NCBI GenBank assembly: GCA_965206695.1
Contig: CBDBKM010000008.1
Coordinates: 125,330 to 189,329, forward strand
DNA length: 64,000 nucleotides
Direction: 5' to 3'
Source: Chlamydiales bacterium
GTDB lineage: Bacteria; Chlamydiota; Chlamydiia; Chlamydiales; JAAZZY01
In this document: positions 21,298-31,161 of the stretch, piece after piece
Layout: the number at the start of each line of letters is the position of its first letter
Numbering within the stretch: the first letter of the stretch is position 1
Made by a program: the position numbers and the translations under genes
The notes under the pieces: model-generated
The model's database searches: none
The model's input: only the letters and a program-made list of their open reading frames with translations
What the model was told of the DNA's origin: nothing

Positions 21298-21618
21298 AGA
21301 ATCAAAGTCATCGTTATCAGATTTTTTTCTAATTTCATCTGCAGCATCTTTACCAAAAAGATTTTTGGCAACATCATCTATTGAAGTTTGGTTAGTTTTT
21401 ATTATCTTAACCGGGATTTGAAATTCTTCACAAAAATTGCCGGCTTCTCTATCTACTATCACATCTATTCCCGGCATAAGACAATCATTCGGTTTGCCGG
21501 GACAATAATTTTGACACCCCTTACAACAATGAAGCCAAGAACCGCAATGATCACAGACAACTCTAAATAAGAGCTTATCTACTTGTTCCGATAATTGGCT
21601 ACATTTCCAACAGTACAT
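21286..21618 (-). CDS. Small Cys-rich (Zn-binding-like) conserved hypothetical protein
   Basis: CxxC, CxxC, HCCxxCxxY and NFCEEF pattern; ends FDSLFK. Confidence 0.65.
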   Translation of the reverse strand: MYCWKCSQLSEQVDKLLFRVVCDHCGSWLHCCKGCQNYCPGKPNDCLMPGIDVIVDREAGNFCEEFQIPVKIIKTNQTSIDDVAKNLFGKDAADEIRKKSDNDDFDSLFK

Positions 21619-21624
21619 ATATCC

Positions 21625-24264
21625 TTAGCTATAAATACGGTTACCCGATTCATACTTTTGTTTGGTTACATGACCTTTTTCATCGTAGGTTTCTTTGATC
21701 CCATTCAATAAATCATTCTGATAGATTTGAACCACTTTAGGAGAACCATCTTCATAATATTTATTGAATTTGCCATTGCGCTTTCCGGCCTTGTATTCCG
21801 CTTCAAAAATGACAATTCCATCATCACTGTAATGAATACAATATCCATCTAACTGATCATTTATATATATATTTGATTTTGCAAGCCTATTTTCGCTGTG
21901 AAAAGTTCTCTCTTCACCTTCTTTTAAATCATCTATATAAAACACCTCTTTGTAGACTGAGCCATTTGGATAATATTCTTTCCAAGCTCCATGGCGCTTC
22001 CCTTCTTTATATTCTCCGGCCATGATGAGCTTTCCATCCAAAGAAAAAGAAGAAGATACGCCATCTTGAAGGCCGTTGTGATAATGAAGAGAAGATATCC
22101 TTACACCATCAGCACTATATTCAGATACATCGCCTTCTAATTTATCATTCACATAATAAGCTTCTAATGCTTTAACTTTACCTAAAGCTTCATGCCAAGG
22201 ATAAAACACTTGATGCAAGCCATTACGTAAATTGTCTTTATATTGATAGATAACCTCTGTTTCATCCTTACCCATTTGATAAAATCGACCGACTAACTTA
22301 CCGTTTTTATATTCAGCTTCTTCAATTAATTGACCGGATTCATTCCATATATTCTTTTGACCATGTAACACACCCGATTTATAAGAAATGACTGCTTTGC
22401 ATTGACAATTTAAATAAAATATTTCTTGATCACCGTCTAATTTTCCTTCGTTATCATAACGAGCTGTACGTAATAACTGAAAATCTTCACTGTTGACTTG
22501 TTTAGGATAATATTCGATATGTTCTCCAACCGGCATGCCTTCATTATAAGTCCCGATCAAACAAATTTGACCATCTTCAAACCAGCCGATAGCCTCTCCA
22601 TCAATTTTATCATCCCGATAGTTTGCTACGCACTGCTGTTGTCCATTATTAAAAAAAGCTTCTTCTCTTCCATCACGCTTACCGGCAGAAAAGTGTGTCT
22701 GCTGTTTTAAACTCCCATCAGGATAGTGCATTTCAAGAAGACCACAAGGGAGGTCCTTTTCATAGTTAACCTCGAAAACCAATGTACCGAATTCATCATA
22801 TTTTTTCTCCGATCCATGATGCAATCCGTCCTGATATTCAGTCATGCCTTTTAGTACACCACTCTCATACCATTCTGAAACCGGACCATTTAATTTTCCA
22901 TTATCATAGTGCTCTTGTAGCTTCATAACGGCATTTTCATACCACTCGGTCAATACCCCATTTTTTTCACCTTCTTTCATATTAACATGAAAAGCAGGAA
23001 GACCGGTTGGATACCATTCTTCATATAATCCATCTTTCTTTTGATCAACAAAAGTAGCTCGGATCTTTAATTGTCCGGAATCATAATATTCTTTTTGCTC
23101 ACCATCGAAATATCCATTTCTATAAGTATATTCTGATAAAAGCTCCCCATTTGGATACCATTCCGTGTTTGTTTCCGTATATGTTGCCAAATCTTGAGTA
23201 TAACAGAGTTTGTTAACTCCATTTTCATAGGATTCCTCAAGAGCGCCTATTAACTCTCCATTCTTGTCATATTTAGCTTTACGAGCTATCTGACCATTCG
23301 GATAGTATAAACTATGATCTCCTAATGAAATGTTATCAATCCATTCACCTCCACCAAGTGATTTTCCGGATTCTGAGAAAAATTCTTCTTTACCTTGTTT
23401 TTCCCCTAATAGATAATTCACTCGATAGCTTTCTGTTCCATTTGAATGATATTTGACATGCATGCCAACAGGTAACCCTTCAGAAAAATCCTGCATTTCT
23501 ATAACTGTTTGTATGTCATCATAGATAACGACTGCAGGATTCGAGCCATCTCCATGTAGTATTCCTTTTTGATAACTCTTCGTTGATTTTAAGATTCCAT
23601 TTTCATACCACTCTTTTGAAATGCCTATAAGGGCTCCTGCATCATAATGATGTAGGGCTGAACAATTTCCATTGTCATGAAAATACTTATATTCACCTAC
23701 TAATTGATCATCTTTATAATAAGCTTCCTCTTGTTTCTCTCCGCTTTGAAAAAAGGACTCAGCCTTACCGTAGCGTTTGCCTTGTTTCATTGTCAGCAAT
23801 AGATGTATTTTTCCATCAGGGTACAGTACTTTAGCTTCGCCATGTAACTGCCCTTTAGTATAATTTAGAATCTTTTCAATACTACCACTTTCAAAGTAAC
23901 CGAGACTCAATCCATGCAAGACAACTTGAGGTTCTTCTTGTTCTACATCAAGACTTTCATTTTTTTCTAAAACCATTAAGTCTTCTTCACTACGTATTTG
24001 CCCTTGTGGGTAAAACTCCGCTTTTTTTACAGGAACATCCGCACCACTAATAACCGGTTCATAGAAAATAGCGACTTCAGTATTGCCATCAGGATAATAA
24101 CTAATCACTTGCGGTATCCAATTTGGTTGGCGCATTTTCGGCATAACCGCAGCTGGCGTTATCTCTTCAAACTCTATTTGTGAAGAAGAAGGTTCTGCAT
24201 CAGCAAAAACAATTGAACCTAAAGAAATTATAGAAAATATAAATAAAGTGATTACTTTTTTCAT
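21625..24264 (-). CDS. Exported MORN-variant repeat protein (YwqK-like)
   Basis: Signal peptide; dozens of G..xEWYxNG/YxDG repeats. Confidence 0.85.
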   Translation of the reverse strand: MKKVITLFIFSIISLGSIVFADAEPSSSQIEFEEITPAAVMPKMRQPNWIPQVISYYPDGNTEVAIFYEPVISGADVPVKKAEFYPQGQIRSEEDLMVLEKNESLDVEQEEPQVVLHGLSLGYFESGSIEKILNYTKGQLHGEAKVLYPDGKIHLLLTMKQGKRYGKAESFFQSGEKQEEAYYKDDQLVGEYKYFHDNGNCSALHHYDAGALIGISKEWYENGILKSTKSYQKGILHGDGSNPAVVIYDDIQTVIEMQDFSEGLPVGMHVKYHSNGTESYRVNYLLGEKQGKEEFFSESGKSLGGGEWIDNISLGDHSLYYPNGQIARKAKYDKNGELIGALEESYENGVNKLCYTQDLATYTETNTEWYPNGELLSEYTYRNGYFDGEQKEYYDSGQLKIRATFVDQKKDGLYEEWYPTGLPAFHVNMKEGEKNGVLTEWYENAVMKLQEHYDNGKLNGPVSEWYESGVLKGMTEYQDGLHHGSEKKYDEFGTLVFEVNYEKDLPCGLLEMHYPDGSLKQQTHFSAGKRDGREEAFFNNGQQQCVANYRDDKIDGEAIGWFEDGQICLIGTYNEGMPVGEHIEYYPKQVNSEDFQLLRTARYDNEGKLDGDQEIFYLNCQCKAVISYKSGVLHGQKNIWNESGQLIEEAEYKNGKLVGRFYQMGKDETEVIYQYKDNLRNGLHQVFYPWHEALGKVKALEAYYVNDKLEGDVSEYSADGVRISSLHYHNGLQDGVSSSFSLDGKLIMAGEYKEGKRHGAWKEYYPNGSVYKEVFYIDDLKEGEERTFHSENRLAKSNIYINDQLDGYCIHYSDDGIVIFEAEYKAGKRNGKFNKYYEDGSPKVVQIYQNDLLNGIKETYDEKGHVTKQKYESGNRIYS

Positions 24265-24485
24265 GTCTCGCTAGCTCCGGAAAATATATTGTAAATTTTG
24301 ACAAGTTAACATAACGTCTCCTTTTTCTCAATATCACTTAGTCGAAAAAACTCTATTTTTATACTCAAAATTTATTTTTTTTTAAACCTCTCTTAAAATA
24401 GACAAAAAAAAAATAATAGTGTAGACATAGTCATGTTTTTTTAAAAAAATCAATTCGGTTAACTTTCTAATCTTAGGAGAGAATT

Positions 24486-24719
24486 ATGAAAAAAAATATT
24501 CTAGCGAAACTCGCGTTATTAGGTGTCGCATCCGGACTTGCTTTAACAGGATGTAATCCTCAAACCACTCACAGCAAACAAGAAGGAAAAGACGGTATGG
24601 ATCAACGCGGGCAGAGCCGTTCGCAACAAGGCCAAGGCTCTTGTAGTGGCACTTCCGGCTGTGGTGCAAGTAAAAAAGGAAATAGTTGTAATGATAATAG
24701 CCCATGCAATGAACATTAA
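24486..24719 (+). CDS. Candidate MNIO RiPP precursor; lipoprotein with Cys/Gly/Ser-rich core
   Basis: AGGAG RBS; lipobox LTGC; core GSCSGTSGCGASKKGNSCNDNSPCNEH; upstream of DUF692. Confidence 0.75.
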   Translation: MKKNILAKLALLGVASGLALTGCNPQTTHSKQEGKDGMDQRGQSRSQQGQGSCSGTSGCGASKKGNSCNDNSPCNEH

Positions 24720-24777
24720 TAACCACTGTAACTAAAGCTAAATCATTGATAACAAAAAAGAGTTAAAAGACTATTTT

Positions 24778-24967
24778 ATGAAAAAAAGGAAATTAGTAAA
24801 ACTAGTATTGTTAGGCATGATATCGGGCCTTGTAGTTACGGGTTGTAGTTCTGATTCTTCGAAGCCCGATAAGAAAGCCGGTACGCCTTTATAGATATTC
24901 TTCGAATGGAGAAGAAGATTCTCAAAGCAAAGCCTGCTGCGGCTATAACCCTGCGAACAACCATTAA
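24778..24967 (+). pseudogene. Second precursor paralog, frameshifted (not in the ORF track)
   Basis: MKKRKLVKLVLLGMISGLVVTGC...PL* (24778-24894); the +1 frame continues SSNGEEDSQSKACCGYNPANNH* to 24967. Confidence 0.6.
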
Positions 24968-25060
24968 AAAGGTTCCTTAACATTTTATATTTTTTAATTT
25001 TGGCAATAAGAGTACAATACTCTCTTATTGCCTTTTTTTAATGTCAGGGTTTTATTCTCT

Positions 25061-25903
25061 ATGAAAAATATCACCATTTCTAATCTTGGGATAGGAATTG
25101 GACTACGCCCCGATCATTATGAGGAAATTTTCGCCACTTGGCCGGAAATCGACTGGTTCGAAATCATCAGTGAAAACTTTATGGTAGAAGGCGGGGGTTC
25201 CATAGAAAACCTTGAACGTATTTTAGAAAAATATCCTGTAGTGCAACATGGTGTATCTCTAGCAATTGGCAGCCCGACACCTTTAGACTTTGATTATTTA
25301 AAACGATTAAAAGCATTAGCTGTAAAAACTAAAACTCCGTGGATATCCGATCATCTATGCTGGGGTCGATTACCGGGAAGAAATTTTCATGACCTTTTAC
25401 CTTTGCCTTATACAAAAAAAGTCATTGATTATGTTGTTGAACGAGCCCGAATTGTACAAGATTTTTTAGAAATCCCTTTTGCTTTAGAAAATCTCTCTTC
25501 TTACCTCAGCTATTGTGAGGATGAAATGCATGAATGGGAGTTTTACACTGAAGTAGTAGAAAAAGCTGATATTTTCATGATGCTAGATGTGAACAATATC
25601 TATGTCTCTTCTAAAAACCATGGATTTGACCCTGAAACCTACATCCAAGCAATCCCTTACGATCGTGTTCTGCAAGTTCATTTAGCCGGCCATAAAGATT
25701 ATGGCAACTACATCATTGATACCCATGATAATTACGTATGTGATGAAGTATGGCAACTATATGCAAAAGTCTATCCTAAAACAAAAGGAGTCTCCACACT
25801 ATTGGAATGGGATGATAATCTCATAAGCTTTGATGCGACATGGAAAGAAGCTCTAAAAGCAAAAAAATTTCAACAAAATATAGTAGAAGCTGATGTATTA
25901 TGA
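25061..25903 (+). CDS. DUF692 / multinuclear non-heme iron-dependent oxidase (MNIO)
   Basis: GIGLRPDH, WFEIISENF, HGVSL, SDHLCW, LENLSSY, LDVNNIYVS, HLAGH, IDTH, LLEWD. Confidence 0.93.
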   Translation: MKNITISNLGIGIGLRPDHYEEIFATWPEIDWFEIISENFMVEGGGSIENLERILEKYPVVQHGVSLAIGSPTPLDFDYLKRLKALAVKTKTPWISDHLCWGRLPGRNFHDLLPLPYTKKVIDYVVERARIVQDFLEIPFALENLSSYLSYCEDEMHEWEFYTEVVEKADIFMMLDVNNIYVSSKNHGFDPETYIQAIPYDRVLQVHLAGHKDYGNYIIDTHDNYVCDEVWQLYAKVYPKTKGVSTLLEWDDNLISFDATWKEALKAKKFQQNIVEADVL

Positions 25904-26781
25904 AGGATAAAACTACCGTTCCTCAATCACTGATAGATCTTCAGAAATGGTTTGGTTCTATTATTTGTAATCCCCTTCAAGATGACCGGACCATCTCTCC
26001 TTTAACTCCTAACGGTAATAGCATAAAAGAAGAAGCGGCTTTATATCTCAATCCAAGTCCGACTCTTAAACCACATGAACGCATCCAAATATATAATCAA
26101 CAATATTGGTGGCGCCTAATAGGTATTTTGCAAAGCGCCTTCCCCTGTCTTCTTCGAATTTTAGGCTACCGAATATTTAATAAAGCAATAGCTGAACCTT
26201 ACCTCTTGGACCATCCTCCTACTCATTGGAATATTGATTTAATTAGCGCTAACCTGGCCGAATGGCTTATATCTCATTATAAGAAAGAAAATGCTGAACT
26301 CATTCAGCAACTAGCTGCTCTTGATTGGGCTTTTTGCATCAGTTTTTTTATTAAAGAAAACCCTGCTATCGAAGAAAAAGACCTGTCTTTAGATGCTATA
26401 GAAAAATTTTTAACTCAAACACTTTATCTTCAACCCTATATCCATTTATTTGAATTTAATTCTGATCTTTTTTCTTTCAGAGAAAAATTATTACAAAAAG
26501 AAGTGCCCGATTGTAAAAAAATAATTTTATCCGGATCAGAGGCGAATCAAAAACATCGCTTTATCCTTTATCGCAACCCGGATAATTTGATATATTATAA
26601 GGATTTAAATGAGATTGAATATTATATTTTATCACAATTAAAATCGGGCTCAAGCATAGGAGATGCTTGTGATCATTTGCTTCAATTTGATGAGAATGCT
26701 TTTCAAATAATTAAAGATAATATTTCTACTTGGTTCCAAAATTGGACCCTTCAAGGATGGCTAACAAAATATCCCAAATAA
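25900..26781 (+). CDS. DUF2063-family MNIO partner (HvfC/BufC-like)
   Basis: ERIQIYNQQYWWRL...AFP...LG...F motif; overlaps the DUF692 stop (ATGA). Confidence 0.85.
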   Translation: MKDKTTVPQSLIDLQKWFGSIICNPLQDDRTISPLTPNGNSIKEEAALYLNPSPTLKPHERIQIYNQQYWWRLIGILQSAFPCLLRILGYRIFNKAIAEPYLLDHPPTHWNIDLISANLAEWLISHYKKENAELIQQLAALDWAFCISFFIKENPAIEEKDLSLDAIEKFLTQTLYLQPYIHLFEFNSDLFSFREKLLQKEVPDCKKIILSGSEANQKHRFILYRNPDNLIYYKDLNEIEYYILSQLKSGSSIGDACDHLLQFDENAFQIIKDNISTWFQNWTLQGWLTKYPK

Positions 26782-28025
26782 AAACTATCAATCCTCGTCA
26801 GATTGCTTTTTTATCTCTCTTGTCTTCAAAAAAAGAAGAGAAATATGCCCATGAATCTCTAAATAATTGGCAAAAAGACGTTCAACCCAATTATAACGAT
26901 TTCTCTTTAGCTCAAGAATTAACGTATGGCACTTTAAGAAGAACGCTTTCTTTAGAATATATCGCGTCTCATGCTGCTTCAAAAGGAAAACTGAAATTAA
27001 AAACCAAAGAAAGAATTCTACTACACTTAGCCATTTATCAACTTTTTTTTATGAATCGAATTCCCCATTATGCTGTTGTCAATGAAATGGTGAAACTGGC
27101 AAAACAATATACCGGGAATATTTTTTCAAAATTTTTAAATGCTCTTCTTCGTAAGCTGATTATACACCCCATCTCATTGCCACTTGGCAATACTATACAA
27201 GATCTAAGCTCTTTTTATTCTTATCCTACTGATCTGGTTCAAAATCTTATTCAGGATTATGATCTTAAAAAGGCTATAGATATTATGGGCTGTTTAAATA
27301 AACCGCCTATAACAATGCTTAGGATCCGAAAAGGGCTAGAGCCTTCATTTTCCGAATTAAATATCATAAAAACCAATCTTTTTCAGATGGCTCACTTGCC
27401 CGGTATTGTAGCCATACCTCAATCTTTTAAGCCTTCGGAATATTACATTCAAAATATTACCCCCGTTCTTCTCATGGAAAAGCTTTTTCATGAGAAGAAA
27501 ACTTTTTCAAGCGTCTTAGATATCTGCGCTGCTCCCGGAGGTAAGACCATTTTGCTACATGATATGTTTCAAGAGACTACTATATGCGCTAATGACTCTT
27601 CACCTCAACGCATCAAAATACTAGAAGAAAATCTTGGTAAATATGATATAAAAGCTTCTATCAGATGCTCTGAGGCCTCTTTATATCGCTCGACAAAACC
27701 TTTTGATCTTGTTCTACTGGATACCCCCTGCAGTAATAGTGGCGTTTTAAATAAACGACATGAAGCTCGTTTTCGGTTGAGCGAGAAAAAATTGGACGAG
27801 TTACACCATATTCAATTAAATTTAGCTAAACATGCTCTTAAGCTATTATCTACCGGAGGCGAATTATGGTACCTAACTTGTAGTATTCTGAAAAAAGAAA
27901 ATGAAGCTGTGATCCATTCGCTTCTAAAAAATCCGTCTTTGAAGATTTCTAAAGGTCCTTTTACTATCTTACCAAATAAAGAAGGGCAGGATGGTGGTTT
28001 TGCTTGTGCCATTGTAAAACAATAG
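26757..28025 (+). CDS. rsmB: 16S rRNA m5C967 methyltransferase RsmB/Sun
   Basis: NusB-like N-terminal domain; LDICAAPGGKT, DTPCSNSG, YLTCS. Confidence 0.9.
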   Translation: MANKISQIKTINPRQIAFLSLLSSKKEEKYAHESLNNWQKDVQPNYNDFSLAQELTYGTLRRTLSLEYIASHAASKGKLKLKTKERILLHLAIYQLFFMNRIPHYAVVNEMVKLAKQYTGNIFSKFLNALLRKLIIHPISLPLGNTIQDLSSFYSYPTDLVQNLIQDYDLKKAIDIMGCLNKPPITMLRIRKGLEPSFSELNIIKTNLFQMAHLPGIVAIPQSFKPSEYYIQNITPVLLMEKLFHEKKTFSSVLDICAAPGGKTILLHDMFQETTICANDSSPQRIKILEENLGKYDIKASIRCSEASLYRSTKPFDLVLLDTPCSNSGVLNKRHEARFRLSEKKLDELHHIQLNLAKHALKLLSTGGELWYLTCSILKKENEAVIHSLLKNPSLKISKGPFTILPNKEGQDGGFACAIVKQ

Positions 28026-28033
28026 GAAAGTAA

Positions 28034-28792
28034 ATGATTAGGAAAAAATTTCAGAATCTTGAGTGGTTAGAATTTGAACAACTACAAGATATTCCACATT
28101 TAACACATGCTATTTTTTTACGACGAGGGGGTAATAGCCAAGGCCCCTTTGCCTCTTTCAACCTGGGTTTAGGTATTGGTGATGACAACAGGCTCGTACA
28201 ACAACATTTCAAAGAGATAAAATCTTTATTTCAAATAAAAAAAATGCACTTCACCAGACAGGTTCATCAAGATGAAATAACTGTCGTTACTACCAAATCA
28301 CCTGAAGAATTACCCTCCTGCGATGCATTAATAACAAAACAGACTGACACAGCACTTCTTATGCGTATGGCTGATTGTCAAGTGGCTCTTTTTTATGATC
28401 CTATTAAAAAGGTTATCGCTAATGTCCATTGTGGTTGGAGAGGCAGCGTATCGAATATTTATCATAAAACCATCCGGAGGTTAAAAAAAGAGTTCTTATG
28501 CAAAGAAGAAAACATACTTGTTTCAATCTCACCTTCTTTAGGACCTCACTCCAGTGAATTCATCCACTATAAAAAAGAATTACCCTCATCTTTTTTGAAG
28601 AAAGAAATAAAACCAAACCATTTTGATTTTTGGCAAATCAGCTATTCACAATTAATAGAAGCAAGCATTTTACCTCACCATATTGAAATAGCCGGAATAA
28701 ATACTTGTGGATCCGAGCAAGATTTTTTTTCTTTTAGAAGAGATAGAATTTGCGGAAGAAACGGGACGCTTATTACTCTTAAAACGCCCTAA
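28034..28792 (+). CDS. pgeF: PgeF/YfiH family protein
   Basis: QVH, DALIT, ADC, VHCGWRG, FFSFRR motifs. Confidence 0.9.
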   Translation: MIRKKFQNLEWLEFEQLQDIPHLTHAIFLRRGGNSQGPFASFNLGLGIGDDNRLVQQHFKEIKSLFQIKKMHFTRQVHQDEITVVTTKSPEELPSCDALITKQTDTALLMRMADCQVALFYDPIKKVIANVHCGWRGSVSNIYHKTIRRLKKEFLCKEENILVSISPSLGPHSSEFIHYKKELPSSFLKKEIKPNHFDFWQISYSQLIEASILPHHIEIAGINTCGSEQDFFSFRRDRICGRNGTLITLKTP

Positions 28793-29208
28793 TAGTATTG
28801 AGGATAGGCGTCACCAAAACGAACCTCATCAGAATCATCAATAAAATCACCTGTTTGAACTTCAATAATTTTAAGAGGTATTTTTCCCGGATTTTCTAAT
28901 CTATACTTCATACACTTAGGAATATTAAGAAAATCATTTTCATTAAGATAGTGTTCCTTATCCCCTAGTACAATCCGGGCCGTTCCTTTAATAACAACCC
29001 AATATTCATTTCGGTGATAATGAAGCTTCGTGCCTAATTTACCACCCGGAATGATTTCCAGCTCTCTTATTTTATAACAATTATAATTTACTAAAGTCGT
29101 ATGTACTCCCCAGGGGTACTCTAAACGATTCGAAAGCTCAATATGATCTTTACGATTTACTTCTTTAGCATATTCTCTAATAGTTTTATTAGACTTATCA
29201 AGCGTCAT
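28789..29208 (-). CDS. Stand-alone ManC C-terminal cupin (type II mannose-6-phosphate isomerase domain)
   Basis: PWG, HYHRNEYWVVIKGTA, RLENPGKIPLKIIEVQTG. Confidence 0.85.
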   Translation of the reverse strand: MTLDKSNKTIREYAKEVNRKDHIELSNRLEYPWGVHTTLVNYNCYKIRELEIIPGGKLGTKLHYHRNEYWVVIKGTARIVLGDKEHYLNENDFLNIPKCMKYRLENPGKIPLKIIEVQTGDFIDDSDEVRFGDAYPQYY

Positions 29209-29376
29209 GATTCACCCTCAAAGATATAATTATTAAATTTACCAATGTAGTATACTACAACTCTCTTATAAAAAAAGTTTTTATTTATTTAAAAAATTAC
29301 CTTTATAAAAAAATTTATTGATATATTCGCTCTTTATAGTTTAATATATTTCTTCAACCCACTCAAAAGAACAAAT

Positions 29377-30297
29377 ATGAAAGGTATTGTATTAGCAGCC
29401 GGAAAAGGAACACGATTATACCCGATAACACTTGGCATCTCTAAACAGCTATTACCGGTATATAATAAACCCATGATTTATTATCCCCTTTCAGTCTTAC
29501 TTCTAGGAGGGATTAAGGACATTTTGATTATATCTACTCCTAATAATCAACCACTTTTTAAACAATTGTTAGGAGATGGATCTGACCTTGGTATCACTCT
29601 CTCCTATGCTATACAGACACACCCGAGAGGACTAGCTGATGCCTTTCTGATAGCTAAAGACTTTATCGCGAATCAAAATGTCTGCCTTATTTTAGGCGAT
29701 AATATTTTCTATGGAAATGGGCTGGAACCCTTGTTAATAAAAGCTTCTCAAAAACAACGAGGAGCTACTTTTTTTGGCTATGAAGTTAAAGATCCTAGCC
29801 GCTATGGTGTTGTGGAATACAATTCAGATAATTACCTTATTTCCATAGAAGAAAAACCCGCCTACCCTAAATCTAATATTGCTCTGACCGGTCTTTATTT
29901 TTATGATAATCAAGTCGTTTCCTTAGTTGCTAAATTAAATCCTTCCGTTCGAGGAGAATTAGAAATAACAGATCTCAATAGACTGTATGTGGAAAAAGGC
30001 ATCGCTGATGTTCATATAATGGGGAGAGGTTTGGCTTGGCTGGATACAGGTACTCATGATGCTTTAATGCAAGCCGGCCATTTTATTCAAGTCTACGAAG
30101 AAAGACAGGGTCTTTATATTGCATGCCTAGAAGAAATTGCCTATCGTCAAGGTTTTATTGACAAAGAGCAACTTTATTCCATAGGTAAGAGACTATCTAA
30201 GAGCGAATATGGTAAATACATCATGAAATTAGCCACTACCGAATCCGCTTCAACACACACAAAGACCCTAACTTCCAAACAATCTGTATTATATTGA
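29377..30297 (+). CDS. rfbA: Glucose-1-phosphate thymidylyltransferase
   Basis: GTRLYPIT, KQLLPVYNKPMIYYPL, RGELEITD, AWLDTGT. Confidence 0.95.
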   Translation: MKGIVLAAGKGTRLYPITLGISKQLLPVYNKPMIYYPLSVLLLGGIKDILIISTPNNQPLFKQLLGDGSDLGITLSYAIQTHPRGLADAFLIAKDFIANQNVCLILGDNIFYGNGLEPLLIKASQKQRGATFFGYEVKDPSRYGVVEYNSDNYLISIEEKPAYPKSNIALTGLYFYDNQVVSLVAKLNPSVRGELEITDLNRLYVEKGIADVHIMGRGLAWLDTGTHDALMQAGHFIQVYEERQGLYIACLEEIAYRQGFIDKEQLYSIGKRLSKSEYGKYIMKLATTESASTHTKTLTSKQSVLY

Positions 30298-31161
30298 CCC
30301 TTGACGCGCCTTATCTATACAATAATGCTCTAGAGCTTCTTCCCAGCCGGGAATATGCCCGATCACTTTAGATAATTTATTATTATCCAAGGCACTAAAA
30401 CAAGGTCTTTTAGCTCTAGCTTTAACCGTTTTTTGTGAAATTGCTTTTACTGAAGCAGGGATTTGATTTAACTGCAGAATTTTTTTAGCAAAAGTATACC
30501 AAGAAACAGCCCCGGTATTCACGGCATGATATATTCCGGATTTAGGCAGCTTTTTTAATAAGATCGTAATCATATAAGCGACATCTTTAGTTGAAGTTGG
30601 CGACATGATCACATCATCTACCGCTTTTACTTGCCCCTTTTCGGTGCCCAGACGTTTTATTGTCTCAATAAAGTTTCCGCCTTTTCCACTCGATCCGGCA
30701 AGACCAAAAAGAGAGGCAACGCGTAAAACATACGTATTAGAGCAAGCTGAAAGAGCCAGATCCTCTCCAAGGGCTTTTGAAACACCATATACATTAATCG
30801 GAGAGACCAAGTCCATTTCGTTATAAGGATGGGTATGATTACCTTCAAAAACATAATCGGTGCTAATATGAATGAACCGAGCCCCTTTTTCCTCACATAT
30901 TCCGGCCATCTTTTCTACTGCACGAGCATTGATAAGATACGCTTTTAAAGGATGGTCTTCAACCTCATCTGTCTTGTGATAGCCGGTGCAATTCATTAAG
31001 ACATCAAAATCCATATTGCCTAATACACGGTCTATTTCATCAAGAGCAGAAATATCGCATTCACCTCTTCGAAGTGGTATCATTTCATTGCCATTTATAA
31101 GTTGTGAGGTAAGAAGATCTGAGCCTAATTGGCCATTAGAGCCTAAGATAACAATTTTCAT
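30289..31161 (-). CDS. rfbD: dTDP-4-dehydrorhamnose reductase
   Basis: GSNGQLG, HISTDYVF, YGVSK, AKRP. Confidence 0.9.
   Translation of the reverse strand: MKIVILGSNGQLGSDLLTSQLINGNEMIPLRRGECDISALDEIDRVLGNMDFDVLMNCTGYHKTDEVEDHPLKAYLINARAVEKMAGICEEKGARFIHISTDYVFEGNHTHPYNEMDLVSPINVYGVSKALGEDLALSACSNTYVLRVASLFGLAGSSGKGGNFIETIKRLGTEKGQVKAVDDVIMSPTSTKDVAYMITILLKKLPKSGIYHAVNTGAVSWYTFAKKILQLNQIPASVKAISQKTVKARAKRPCFSALDNNKLSKVIGHIPGWEEALEHYCIDKARQGSI

Noticed and set aside
21625..24264. Toxin-antitoxin system from the YwqK-like label
   Set aside because: It is a generic MORN-repeat exported protein with no adjacent toxin
26757..28792. rsmB and pgeF as tailoring enzymes of the MNIO cluster
   Set aside because: Both are standard housekeeping families; co-transcription is possible but nothing supports a role in peptide maturation
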